From the NCBI GenBank assembly GCA_030390025.1, contig CM059432.1, positions 26,352,001 to 26,416,000 of the forward strand: a DNA stretch of 64,000 nt, read 5' to 3'. The position numbers and the translations under genes are program-made. Source of the DNA: Squalus acanthias (lineage: Eukaryota). Of the stretch, positions 10,689-22,276 are shown piece by piece (position 1 is the first letter of the stretch; each line of letters begins with the position of its first letter). The notes beneath the pieces were generated by a model, which was given only the letters and a program-made list of their open reading frames with translations, made no database searches and had not been told where the DNA came from.

Positions 10689-12742
10689 GCTTGGCAGCAA
10701 AATGGATTACAGGTCTCTCCAGGCTGAGATTCAAGGCTGCAATGAGCAGGGTGTGGCTGGGGAGCAAGTGGCCCCCCCCCCGCTTTAAGAAGTGTCCGGC
10801 GCCAGTGTGTCTGTGTTCCCTCGCTAACTGGCAGCAGCTGCGCTGCGCTCGTGCGCTGAGTTAGCGCCTCACTCCTTGGCCTTTGCGCCTTAAGAGAGGT
10901 GTGCAGCGCCTGCTTTAGCGCTCCACTCACCTCCCGGGGCGGTAAAAGTGAAGTTTCCTGTCAGTGCCGATAATTAGCGCCAGGCGCTAATATTTGCGTC
11001 CAGACGATATTTGCGCCCCAAATGGGGCGCGACCTAATTTCTACCCCTAAGGGTTAATTTTATCATAGCCAAATCAACCTAACCCGCACATTTTTGGACT
11101 GTGGGAGGAAACCGGAGCACCCGGAGGAAACCCACGCAGACACGGGGAGAATGTGCAAACTCCACACAGACAGTCACCCGAGGTCAGATTCGAACCCGGG
11201 TCTCTGGCGCTGTGAGAAGAATGCGTCGTGCCAGTATCTGGGTGAGACATGCAGTGATGCGGTATCTTCTTCCTCCTCCTCTTCTCCTGCCTCACTCTCT
11301 ACGGTACCCTCAGGGACAGGCTGCTCAGGTGCTTGCTCATTATCTGAAATCATAAAGCACAAGAGTTGGGTTAAGGTGAGGGGAGGAGGGCAGGAAAGGA
11401 GAAATGCTGGAAAATGCGAAATGCTTGTGGGGTGAGGGGGATGTGAGAAGAAGGAGTAGGGATGAACAACCGTTGTTGTCCCCAAGGGGGTCAACGTCAC
11501 CAGTGGCCATGGCACCCACCACCTGGCGCCCTATAATCTGCAACACTCGAGTCTCTAGTTCAGACAGTGGTTGGGTGTCGGCTTGTCCCCCACTGGCGCT
11601 CCTGTTCCCTCTTGTTGTGATCCACTTTGGCCTGCAAGAGAAAGGAAAGTGTGTGAGTGAGTGTGGGGCAATGTGTTTGGGTGATGTGCCTGCCATAGTT
11701 GAAAAGCTGTCATTGTGTGCAAGGTGTGAGATGTGGGTGTGAGTGTTGTAGGTAGAGATTGTTGGTTGGTGAGTGCTGGGGATGTGGTGCTTTGGGCAGT
11801 GTGTGAAGACTGTGGTTCAGATCGTGGTATGTGTCATTTGTTGAAGCATTCGCTCACCCTGACCACCCAATTGAGGTTGTTAAATTTCTTCCTGCACTGT
11901 GTGTGGGTCCTGGGGACCACAGTGCTGCCCAAGACGTGCTGTGCTACCTCCCTCCACATGGAGTGAAAGACTTGCAGTGAGGACCTCCTGCCACTTGTCA
12001 GCTAGAGCACTGCCCTCCGTCTCTCCACAGCGAAAACCAATGCTTAATTGCAGAATCTGCTGGGCTCGCTCCCTGGGGCGTGGATCTACCATGAGTACAG
12101 CTGCTTCAGTCCTCTGGCTCCTTCTCCTTGACCTGCTGTTGCTTGCTGAGGCAGCTACACAGCCAGCAATGCTGAGTACGAGGTTCTGCAGCATTAATGA
12201 ACCTCCCCTTTAAGAACTGGAAAAAGCCTGTGGCAATCATGACTTGCGATTAGACTGCACCTGATATTGGTCCACCCTTTGAGTGTAATGCCAATGACCT
12301 TGGGCTTAAAGACTTGAATTAGCGCTCCAATCATTTCTTTGAGCAGTGAGCATGAATTTTCTGTGCAGTCAAAAGCATTAGCGCCTGGCGCAAATTCTCC
12401 AACTTTTCTAATTTTACTGTCCATTCCTGGGCTCTAATGAATTTCTAGCTCAAGATTCTCTTCATTTACTCTAACTAAACCCTTCATAATTTTAAACACC
12501 TCTATCAAATCTCCTGTTAGCCTTCTTTGCTCTAAGGAGAACAACACCAGCTTCTCCAGTCTATCCACGTAACTGTAATCCCTCATTCCTGGAACCATTC
12601 TAGTAAATCTCTTCTGTACCCTCTCCAAAGCCCTCATGTCCTTCCTAAAGTGTGGTGCCCAGAATTGGACACAATACTCCAGCTGGGGCTGAACTAGTGT
12701 TTTATGTAGGTTTAGCATAACTTCCTTGCTTTTGTACTCTAA

Positions 12743-13634
12743 GGGGTAGAAATTAGGTCGCGCCCCATTTGGGGCGCAAATATCGTCCGGACGCAAATAT
12801 TAGCGCCTGGCGCTAATTATCGGTACTGACAGGAAACTTCACTTTTACCGCCCCGGGAGGTGAGTGGAGCGCTAAAGCAGGCGCTGCACACCTCTCTTAA
12901 GGCGCAAAGGCCGAGCAGTGAGGCGCTAACTCGGAGCGCTGGCGAAGCTCATGTAATGTCAGTCAGCAATGGAACACACACACAATGGCACGGGCCAGTT
13001 CTTAAAGGGGATGGTTAATCTTGCTTTCCATCCACATCCTGTTCATTGCTGCCTTGAATCTCGGCCTGGAGAGACTTGCACATCAAATGTGCTGGAAAGA
13101 ACAATGGAGCGTACCAGGCAAAGAGCTCAGAGTGCAGCTCCCACAGTCTCTGCTAAATCGATACAAGGAATGGCAAATCAAAATGAACCTGCAAAGTGCT
13201 GCTCAGTACCCAAAATCCTTCACACAACGTTGAATCTCTCCAGAAGTCTCTCCCTCTCTCTCTCAGAATGCGTAGTTCAAAAATGCCACCAACAATAAAA
13301 GACAGGAAGAGGCCCCCTTTAAATAGCGCCCCCCCCAGCCCCACAGCGATTGATAGCGTTCCAGTCTTCTGGTCGTTGGAAGCGCCAGGCGGTAAGGCAG
13401 GGGGCGCCACTCAATTTCCGCTACGGGGCGCCACAAGGGCGTTGCACCATGGAATGACGTCACAATCTGCGCGCGCAGGTGGTCGCAGCGGTAAGTTTTA
13501 GCGCCGCCGCACAATCTCAAGTTAAGTTCTCGAGCGGCGCAAACATCGCTGCGCCCGGGCGTTAGCGGCTTTGCGCCCCATTAGCGCCCTCTTAAGGCGC
13601 TAACGGGAGGCGCAACCAAGTGAATTTTTACCCC
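12743..13634 (-). mobile_element. Non-autonomous Harbinger (MITE, 892 bp) with family A termini
   Basis: TIRs GGGGTAGAAATT / AATTTTTACCCC; TSD TAA at 12740-12742 and 13635-13637; no transposase. Confidence 0.95.
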
Positions 13635-13934
13635 TAAGCCTCTATTTATAAAGCCCAGGATCTTATATGCTTTAATAACTGCTTTGTTAACCTGTCCTGC
13701 CACCTTCAAAGAATTGTGCACAAGCACTCCCAGGTCTCTCTCTTCTTGCACCCCCTTCTAAATTGTACCAATTAGCATGTATTGTCTCTCCTCATTCTTT
13801 CTACCAAAATGTATCACCTCACACTTTTCTGCATTGAATTTCATCTGCCACGTGTCCGCTGATTCCACCAGCTTGTCTACATTCTCTTGACGTCTATTAC
13901 TATCTTCCTCAGTGTTTACTACACTTCCAAGTTT

Positions 13935-15820
13935 CATAGAAACATAGAAGATAGGAGCAGGAGTAGGCCATTCAGCCCCTCGAGCCTGTTCTGCCATTTA
14001 ATGAGATCATGGCTGATCATCCAAATTCAGTACCCTGTCTCTGCTTTCTCCCCATATCCCTTGATACCTTTAGCCTTAAGAAATATATCTAACTCCTTCT
14101 TGAATATATTTAATGAATTGGCCTCAACTGCCTTGTGTGGTAGAGAATTCCACAGGTTCACCACTCTCTGGGTGAAGAAATTCCTCCTCATCTCAGTCCT
14201 AAATGGCTTATCCCTTATCCTTAGACTGTGACCCCTGGTTCTGGACTCCCCCGCCATCGGGAACATCCTTCCTGCATCTAGTCTGTCTAGTCCTGTTAGA
14301 ATTTTATAAGTTTCAATGAGATCCCCTCTCATTCTTCTAAACTCTAGCGAATATAAGCCTAATCAACCCAATCTCTCTTCATACGTCATTCCTGCCATTA
14401 CAGGTATCAGTCTGGTGAATCTTCGCTGCACTCCCTCCATGGCAAGAACATCCTTCCTCAGGTAAGGTGACCAAAACTGCACACAATACTCAAGGTGTGG
14501 TCTCACCAAGGCCCTGTACAACTGCAGCAAGACATCTTTGCTCCTGTACTCGAATCCTCTCGCTATGAAGGCCAACATACCATTTGCCTTCTTAACCGCC
14601 TCCTGCACCTGCATGCTTACCTTCAGCGACTGGTGCACAAGGACACCCAGGTCTCGTTGCTCTTCCCCTTTTCCCAATCTATTGCCGTTCAGATAATAAT
14701 CTGTGTTCCTGTTTTTGCCACCAAAGTGGATAACCTCGCATTTATCCACATTATACTGCATCTGCCATGCATCTGCCCAATCACCCAATCTGTCCAAATC
14801 ATACTGGAGTTTCTCTGCATCCTCCTCACAGCCGACACGCCCACCCAGCTTTATGTCATCTGCAAACTTGGAGATATTACATCTAGTTCCCTCGTCTAGA
14901 TCATTAATATATATTGTGAATAGCTGGGGTCCTAGCACCGATCCCTGCGGTACCCTACTAGTCACTGCCTGCCACTCGGAAAAAGACCCGTTTATTCCAA
15001 CTCTTTGCTTCCTGTCTGCCAACCAGTTTTGTATTCAAGTCAGTACCTTACCCCCAATCCCATGTGCTTTAACTTTGCACGCTAATTTCTTATGCGGGAC
15101 CTTATCGAAAGCCTTCTGAAAGTCCAAATACACCACATCCACTGGTTCTCCCTTATCTATTCTACCAGTTACATAATCAAAAAATTCCAGTGGATTAGTC
15201 AAGCATGATTTACCTTTTGTAAATCCACGTTGACTTTGTCGGATCCTGTCACTGTTTTCCAAGTGCTCTGCTATTACATCTTTTATAATGGACTCTATCA
15301 TTTTCCCCACTACCGATTCAGGCTTACCGGTCTATAATTCCCCGTTTTCTCTCTCCCACCTTTTTTAAATAGTGGGGTTACATTAGCTACCCTCCAATCC
15401 ATGGGAACTGTTCCAGAGTCTATAGAATTTTGGAAGATGACCAGCAATGCATCTACTATTTCTAGGGCCACTTCCTTAAGTACCCTAGGATGTAGATTAT
15501 CAGGCCCTGGGGATTTATCGGCCTTCAATCCTGTCAATTTCCCTAACACCATTTCCCTACAAATACTGATTTCATTTAATTCCTCCCTCTCATTAGACCC
15601 TATGTTCCCCGACATCTCTGGGAGGTTATTTGTGTCCTCCTTTGTGAAGAAAGAACCAAAGTATGTATTTAATTGCTCTGCCATTTCTTTGTTCCCCATT
15701 ATAAATTCCAGTGAGTCTGACTGCAAGGGACCTACACTTGACTTCACCAATCTTTTTCTCTTCACATATCTATAGAAGCTTTTACAGTCAGTTTTTATGT
15801 TCCCTGCAAGCTTTCTCTCA
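13935..15820 (-). mobile_element. 5'-truncated CR1 LINE (RT and 3' UTR)
   Basis: RT motifs across ORFs 15310-15765, 15035-15310, 14363-15022 (KFADD) and 14027-14332; tail near 13935. Confidence 0.95.
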
Positions 15821-15973
15821 TGCCATGTGCAAATTTCAAAATTGTGTCCTGCGCCACCAAGTCCAAGTTATTGATGTATATCAAAAACAGCAGTGGTCCT
15901 AGTACTGAACCCTGGGGAACTCCACTGTATACCTCACTCCAGTCTGAAAAACAGCTATTTACCACAACTCTCT

Positions 15974-16735
15974 GGGCAAGAAATTCGGTATCACCCTGTT
16001 TGGGGCGCTAAATTTTGAAAGCCAGAAAAATTAGCGCCAGGTGCTAATCATTCTCGGATTTTGGTATATTCAGTGTTAGTGCTCCAGGAAGGAAGTGGCG
16101 CGCTAAATCAAGTGCTACCAATTCCCTTCTGGAGCGTTACACCAAGCAGGGGGCGCAGTAGAGGTGCAGCGCTGCACAATGACCACTGCAGCGCTGTCGG
16201 GATCCGAGGGCTCCTTTCCTCCCTTAAAGAGAAGGGCTATTGCTGCAGGCTCTGCATTTGAATGATCTCCCTCATCGCCGATGGCATCCGGGATCCTCGA
16301 CGATTAGCCCCAAGCACTCTAACAAAGTGCAGGGCTGATCAATCCTGCCATTTAAAAATTTTCCAAATGCACCCTGAAGGAAGGAAACACATTTCTACTT
16401 AAGACCAGCGGCCTTACCTTTAATTAGCGCTCCCGAAGTGCCCGGCCTCCCGAACAATGCCTCCTGCAGCTATTGGTGTTATCGCCCCGCGATACTGCAA
16501 GGGGCGGAACCACATTTTGGGTCTGGAGCGCTAACGGGGCGCTGTGCAGCCAGATAAAGTCACGATCTCCGGGCGCAGCAGAGCATGGCGCTAGGGGTTA
16601 CTGCCACTGCAAACCGCCAGGTGAATTTCGCGAGCAGCGGCAGCATTGCCGCGCCCCGGTGGTAAGTCATTAGCGTCCTGTTATCACCCCCCAGAGGCGC
16701 TAATGGGAGGGGCTAACCAACCGAATTTCTCCCCC
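15974..16735. mobile_element. Non-autonomous Harbinger-type MITE (762 bp)
   Basis: TIRs GGGCAAGAAATT / AATTTCTCCCCC; TSD TCT; TAGCGCC-rich subterminal regions. Confidence 0.9.
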
Positions 16736-17282
16736 TCTGTTTTCTATCCCTTAGTCAATTTTGTATCCATGCTGCTACTGCCCCTTTTATCCCATGGGCT
16801 TCAACTTTGCTGAAAAGCCTAATATGTGGTACTTTATCAAACACCTTTTGAAACTCCATATACACAACATCAACTGCATTGCCCTCATCCACCCCATCCA
16901 CAATAGGGCTGATACCCTAAGCGGGTGCTCCCAGGTCATGCTGTCGTGGGCCCACAGAGATTTCAAAGGTGAGTGAGAGCGGCTGGAGAGCGCCAAACCT
17001 CGGGAGATTTCAAAGGTGAGCTACAACGGACCGGTGAGTGTAAAAAAGTAAAAAGTAATCGAAGTGTGACACCACCAGAAAGCAGGTAAGTAATTGGTTG
17101 GTGAGTATTTCTCTCTTTCTCCTTTTTTCCATACGTAAATTCTGTGGTTTATAGTTTCTAGATTCTCTGTGGTGTAGCGGGGACTGCTGTTAAGCAAGGG
17201 CCCTTGAGTCTCTCATTTAATTGAAGTGAAATTGGTGGGATTCATTTAATTTAATTTTAATTAATTAATTAAAGGGTAAGTC

Positions 17283-18233
17283 ATGGCAGGAGAGCTCCAC
17301 CCCGTGATATGCTCCTCCTGCTATATGTGGGAAATCAGGGATGCTTCCTGTGTCCCTGACGACCATGTGTCTGGGAACTGTATCCAGCTGCAGCTACTGA
17401 CGGACCGCATTGCGGCGCTGGAGCTGCGGATGGATGCATATTGGAGCATTTGCGACGCTGAGAACGTCGTGGATAACACGTTTAGTGAGGTGGTCACACC
17501 GCAGATAAACAGTGTACAGGCAGGAAGTGAATGGGTGACCACCAGGCAGAGTAAGAGGTGCAGGCAGGTAGTGCAGGGGTCCCCTGTGGCCATCCCCCTC
17601 TCAAACAGATATACCACTTTGGATGCTGTTGGGGGGGATGACTTATCACGGGAAAGCAGCAGCAGCCAACTTCCTGGCACCATGGGTGGCTCTGCTGCAC
17701 AGGCTGGGAGGAAAAAGTGTGGAAGAGCTATAGTGATAGGGGATTCAATTGTAAGGGGAATAGATAGGCATTTCTGCGGCCGCAAACGAGACTCCAGGAT
17801 GGTGTGCTGCCTCCCTGGTGCAAGGGTCAAGGACGTCTCGGAGCGGCTACGGAACATTTTGGAGGGGGAGGGCGAACAGCCAGTTGTCATGGTGCACATA
17901 GGCATCAACGATATAGGTAAAAAACGGGATGAGGTCCTAAAAGCAGAATATAGGGAGTTAGGAGGTAAATTAAAAAATAGGACCTCAAAGGTAGTAATCT
18001 CAGGTTTGCTAGCAGTGCCACGTGCTACTCAGAGTAGAAATTGGAGGATATTTCAAATGAATACGTGGCTAGAGGAATGGTGCAAGGGGGAGGGATTCAA
18101 ATTCCTTGGACATTGGAACCGGTACTGGGGGAGGTGGGACAAGTACAAACGGGACGGTGTGCACCTGGGCAGGGCCGGGACCGATGTCCAAGGGGGAGTG
18201 TTTGCTAGTGCTGTTGGGGAGGGTTTAAACTAA
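17283..18233 (+). CDS. CR1 ORF1p: N-terminal Cys motif, coiled coil, SGNH esterase domain; 316 aa, open
   Basis: CSSC motif, heptad leucines, and SGNH blocks IGDSIVR, HIGINDIG, DGVHL. Confidence 0.9.
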   Translation: MAGELHPVICSSCYMWEIRDASCVPDDHVSGNCIQLQLLTDRIAALELRMDAYWSICDAENVVDNTFSEVVTPQINSVQAGSEWVTTRQSKRCRQVVQGSPVAIPLSNRYTTLDAVGGDDLSRESSSSQLPGTMGGSAAQAGRKKCGRAIVIGDSIVRGIDRHFCGRKRDSRMVCCLPGARVKDVSERLRNILEGEGEQPVVMVHIGINDIGKKRDEVLKAEYRELGGKLKNRTSKVVISGLLAVPRATQSRNWRIFQMNTWLEEWCKGEGFKFLGHWNRYWGRWDKYKRDGVHLGRAGTDVQGGVFASAVGEGLN

Positions 18234-18931
18234 AGTGGCAGGGGGTTGGGAACCTGAGCAGGGAGACAGAGGAAAGGGAAACAAGGATAAAAGCTAAAGA
18301 GAGGAAGGAGAAAAACAAAAGCAGAATGCAAAGAACTCAACAGTTTAAATCAAACATGGTCACAGTAAATAATAATTCATATAGTTCTGAGAGCGTTAAA
18401 AAAACAAACCTGAAGGCTTTGGGGTAAAAATTCAGTTGGTTGCGCCTCCCGTTAGCGCCTTAAGAGGGCGCTAATGGGGCGCAAAGCCGCTAACGCCTGG
18501 GCGCAGCGATGTTTGCGCCGCTCGGGAACTTAACTAGAGATTGTGCGGCGGCGCTAAACCTTACCGCTGCGACCACCTGCGCGCGCAGATTGTGACGTCA
18601 TTCCATGGTGCAACGCCCTTGTGGCGCCCCGGAGCGGAAATTGAGTGGCGCCCCCTGCCTTACCGCCTGGCGCATCCAACGACCGGAAGACTGGAACGCT
18701 ATCAATCGCTGTGGGGCTGGGGGGGGCGCTATTTAAAGGGGGCCTCTTCCTGTCTTTTTCTGTGGTCGACATTTTTGCACCACTCGTTCTGAGAGAGAGA
18801 GAGAGATTCGGAGAGAGAGAAAGAGAGACTTCTGCATTGACTCAACGCTTTGTGAGGTAGTTTTGCCTACTGATCCTAACTTCATAAGTACTTTAGTTGC
18901 TGTCCTTCATAACTTTGCTTGCAAAGAGACT

Positions 18932-20092
18932 ATGGGGGCTGCACTGATTGGGGGCGTCGTCCTGCTCCAGCTGAATCGGAGGACACAGAGACGCAAAGAG
19001 AGAGTGGCAATGATGGCCAGACGGAGGAGGGCCAACAGGCGTATGTACAGGAGAGCTTACCCTCCCAGGGTATATCGTGAACAGCTCTCCTACCTTCATA
19101 TGTCTGAGGAGCTGTGTTTGCGAAGGCTGCGATTCAGCAAGGAGGTGGTCACTGAGCTCTGCCACCTGCTGCAGCCAGATCTGCAGCCTCAACTGAGGTC
19201 CAGGACGTCTCTGTCGGTGGCAGTGAAGGTCACAGTGGCTCTCAACTTCTACGCTACTGGCTCATTTCAAGCTGCTGCTGGGGACCTCGCCAATATCTCC
19301 CAGTTCGCGGTGCATTGCTGCATCCGGCAGGTCACAAATGCCCTCTTTAAAAGGAGACGAGAGTTCATCTCTTTCCCCATGACCCCAGACAAGCAGCGTG
19401 ACCGCGCTCTGGGCTTTGCGAGGGTAGCGGGCTTCCCCATGGTGCAGGGCGCCATTGACTGCACACATGTGGCTTTGCGTGCTCCGCATGAGAATGCCGA
19501 GGAATTCCGGAACAGAAAGGGGTTCCATTCCTTGAATGTTCAGTTGGTCTGTGACCACAGACAGCTGATACTCGCTGTCAATGCCCACTATCCTGGCAGC
19601 TGCCACGATGCTTTAATCCTGCGCCAGACTACTGTGGCAGAACTTTTCGAGGCACCGCATCAGCCAGTTGGTTGGCTTCTCGGGGACAAGGGGTATGCAT
19701 TGAGCACCTGGCTGATGACACCGCTCCGTACGCCCAACACCCCTGCTGAGCTGCGGTACAATGAGAGCCATCAAGCTACCAGGAACATAATTGAGCGCAC
19801 AATCGGCGTGCTGAAGCAACGGTTCCGCTGTCTCGACCATTCTGGAGGAGCCCTGCAGTACTCGCCTGAGCGAGTATCGAACTTCGTAGTCGTGTGCTGC
19901 ATGTTGCATAACATGGCAATCCTCAGGACCCAGCCAATGCCACCAGGCCTTGCAGCACCACCAGAGGAGGAGGAGGAAGAGGAGGAAGAGGACAAGGAGG
20001 ATGATCATCAGCAGCACCAAGGCGGGAGGGCGGCCCACAATGGTGAAACTGCAAGGGCCGTCCGTCAACGGCTAATAGCAAGCCGCTTCTAG
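18932..20092 (+). CDS. Harbinger DDE transposase, 386 aa, open
   Basis: GAIDCTH, GDKGY and IERTIGVLKQRF motifs; no stops. Confidence 0.95.
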   Translation: MGAALIGGVVLLQLNRRTQRRKERVAMMARRRRANRRMYRRAYPPRVYREQLSYLHMSEELCLRRLRFSKEVVTELCHLLQPDLQPQLRSRTSLSVAVKVTVALNFYATGSFQAAAGDLANISQFAVHCCIRQVTNALFKRRREFISFPMTPDKQRDRALGFARVAGFPMVQGAIDCTHVALRAPHENAEEFRNRKGFHSLNVQLVCDHRQLILAVNAHYPGSCHDALILRQTTVAELFEAPHQPVGWLLGDKGYALSTWLMTPLRTPNTPAELRYNESHQATRNIIERTIGVLKQRFRCLDHSGGALQYSPERVSNFVVVCCMLHNMAILRTQPMPPGLAAPPEEEEEEEEEDKEDDHQQHQGGRAAHNGETARAVRQRLIASRF

Positions 20093-20402
20093 GGCCCCTG
20101 CTGTGGAAATGGCTTCTGCCATTGCTAACAACATCAATGAACCCAGCACGCAACCCCTAAGCCGGCCAAGGCACCAATAATTCCAACCACCAACCATGTA
20201 TATTTTGAATACAGAAACTTATTTATTTTACAAACTCTGTGTGTGTCAATTCCTCATGACAAACTCAGAAATAAACACAAAAAAACAGTCAATAACATAA
20301 CTGGTTCTCACAACCTGGAGATAATGTCCAAAACACTAAACAAAAGTAGGACCATGAACCTCGACCTTTAATAAAAAAATGACCAGCATTTTGTCACACC
20401 TC

Positions 20403-22276
20403 CTACTTTTTGCCCTTCGAGGGTGATCTCCTTCCCTTGCGCACTTCCCCCCTTCTAACCCTACTGCTCCTCCGTAATGGGACCTCAGTGGCTGCAGCAA
20501 GGCTGGTGGAAGGCTGCTGCTCGTCAGACCCTGACACTGCAGATGCCCCTGAAGGACGGCCTCGACCACTTCTGGGCCTGGAGGGCCCGGCTGCAGACTG
20601 CACCAACTCTGCATGGGCGGCAGCAGTCTGTCCTACAGGCGGTGGCAAGTGCAGTGGAGAAGTGACAGTGTTGGCAGCAGGAATGCTGTCATCGTGAGAG
20701 AGGACAGCAACTCCCTGCTCGCCCGACACACTGTCACTCCCACGGGGCAGCACTTCAGCATCCAGAGCAATCTGCTGGAGAACAGATTGCTGGCCTGCTG
20801 CGGCGCGGTGAGAGCCCCGGGGACATGTGAACGAACCATCGAGGTTGGCAGCAGTCTGTGCTCGCGTGGCCTCAATCTGAGTCTGCATGAGAGCAGTCAG
20901 AGATGGGATCACGGCAGCCAGTGACTGAATTGCAGCACTAAGCGTTAGTGTGGCATCCGCCTGTGCTACAGCGAAGTGCTCCACACTCCTTGCCAGTGAC
21001 TCAATGCATTCGGGCACCCTTCCCACTGCACCCATGAGCTCAGTGTGCATGCACACCGCCTGGGTGTTCATTTCTGCGATCAGCCGCTCCTCCTCTGCGT
21101 CCATTGCAGTAGGAGTCTCTGGCCTACTCTCCCTCTGGGGAGAAGGCCCCCGTTCTTCCCTACCCCCATGGCATTGCTGCAGCCCGCTGGGTCCTGGAGC
21201 TTCACCCTCATCAGACCCTTCCCCCCTGCTCCCCTCCAGGGAAGGCGTGTTCCCAGTGTGGGCATGGGCTTCCTCGGGAGAGGGTAGCACTGATGCTCCA
21301 GCTTCCTCTTCCTCCTCGGCTGCAGCTTCACTCCCAGTGGCAGCTTCAGGGCCCGTCTCCTCAGCTGGTGAATCACCATCTGAAAGCAGGGAGGTACAAG
21401 AGTGGCTTTAGCGTGAGGACAGGGTGGCAGTAAGGGAGGAATAAGTGCAGCGAGTTAGCAAGTTGGATTGAAAGTGTCAAAGGCTGGTGTTGTGAGGGAC
21501 AAGTGGAAGGACAGAGGACAAAAAGGTGATGACCTTACCATTGCTGTCCAGAACGGGGTCGGCGTCTCCAGTGGCGACGGGACCGATCACCCGGCTTGCC
21601 ACAATCCTGTGGACGCGCTCATCAAGATCGCTGAGGGGTTGCAGCTGAGGCCGCCCTCCACCTGTCCGTTGCTGCTGTCTCCGATTATGCGCCAGCTTGG
21701 CCTGTAAGAAAAAGGACAGCATCTGAGTAAATATACAGCCATGGTCTTGCCTGATGTGCCTCCCATAGGTGAATAGCCCTTACTGTATGCAGCCATGGTC
21801 TTGCCTGATGTGCCTCCCATAGGTGAATAGCCCTTACTGTATGCAGCCATGGTCTTGCCTGATGTGCCTCCCATAGGTGAATAGCCCTTACTGTATGCAA
21901 AGTGTGGAATGTGTGTGTGTGTTTCATGAAAGGGCCATAGGTGTTGGATGAGTGTTGTGCATTGGGGTTTTAAGACCCTCTGGCCATAGAGTGAGGTTGA
22001 GATGGAGGGATGGAGAGGTATTGAGAAAAAGCCACTCACCCTGACGACCCGAGTGAGGTCGTTGAACTTTTTGCGGCATTGAGTATGGGTCCTGGGCACC
22101 ATGCTCCTGGAGGAGACGCTCTGAGCCACCTTCCTCCACACTCTTCTGTACTCGCGTGGCAAAGGCCTCCTGCCACTCTCAGGGAAGAGTATACATCTTC
22201 TGCGCTCCACCGCGCCAACCAGAGCATCCAAGGCCCGCTCGGTGAAGCGATGAGCTCGTTCTCTCACCCTCTCCAT
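20403..22276 (-). CDS. Myb/SANT-like DNA-binding protein, spliced, predicted 458 aa; exons 22276-22040, 21701-21539, 21379-20403
   Basis: GTGAGT and GTAAGG donors with CAG acceptors; intron phases 0 and 1; 237+163+977 = 1377 nt open to the stop; N-terminal Myb/trihelix domain and basic C-terminus (RRSSRVRR..KGKK). Confidence 0.85.
21736..21897. repeat. 54-bp tandem repeat x3 in intron 1 of the Myb-like gene
   Basis: Unit CAGCCATGGTCTTGCCTGATGTGCCTCCCATAGGTGAATAGCCCTTACTGTATG. Confidence 0.97.

Larger units (their letters stand above)
6953..11047 (+). mobile_element. Full-length Harbinger transposon, family A copy 1 (4095 bp)
   Basis: TIRs GGGGTAAAAATT / AATTTCTACCCC; TSD TAA at 6950-6952 and 11048-11050; convergent transposase and Myb-like genes. 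Confidence 0.97.
6715..11217 (-). mobile_element. HE1-type V-SINE (tRNA-derived head, V-domain, CR1-like tail) split by Harbinger A copy 1; SINE parts 6715-6952 and 11048-11217
   Basis: Minus strand reads B-box GGTTCGAATC, then V-domain GTGTGGAGTTTGCACATTCTCCCCGTGTCTGCGTGGGTTTCCTCCGGGTGCTCCGGTTTCCTCCCACAGTCCAAA, a short tandem duplication, a CR1-type 3' UTR and a (TTCTATGT)n tail. Confidence 0.85.
5148..12092 (-). pseudogene. Myb/SANT-like DNA-binding protein gene of Harbinger B, three exons, disrupted
   Basis: Reads MVDPRPRERA... and HTQCRKKFN. Donor near 11857, acceptors near 11631 and 11344. Exon 3 is interrupted by the SINE and the CR1 fragment. Confidence 0.8.
3456..12451 (+). mobile_element. 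Harbinger (PIF) DNA transposon, family B copy 1, decayed, with nested CR1 fragment, SINE and Harbinger A
   Basis: Left TIR GGGGGAAAAATT at 3456; right end AATTTCTAGCTC at 12451. Transposase remnant on + and Myb-like remnant on -. Colinear with the copy at 33420-37412. TSD imperfect and ambiguous by 1 nt. Confidence 0.85.
3336..16895 (-). mobile_element. Older CR1 LINE (RT region) split into five pieces by nested insertions: ~3336-3455, 12452-12742, 13635-13934, 15821-15973, 16736-16895
   Basis: The pieces join into colinear minus-strand CR1 RT sequence (EYKSKEVMLNL..PQLEYCVQFW..; WQMKFNAEKCEVIHFG) that resembles the + copy at 52000-53900. Confidence 0.85.

Noticed and set aside
11180..11217. 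tRNA gene
   Set aside because: Only a truncated tRNA-derived SINE head is present, without a full cloverleaf.
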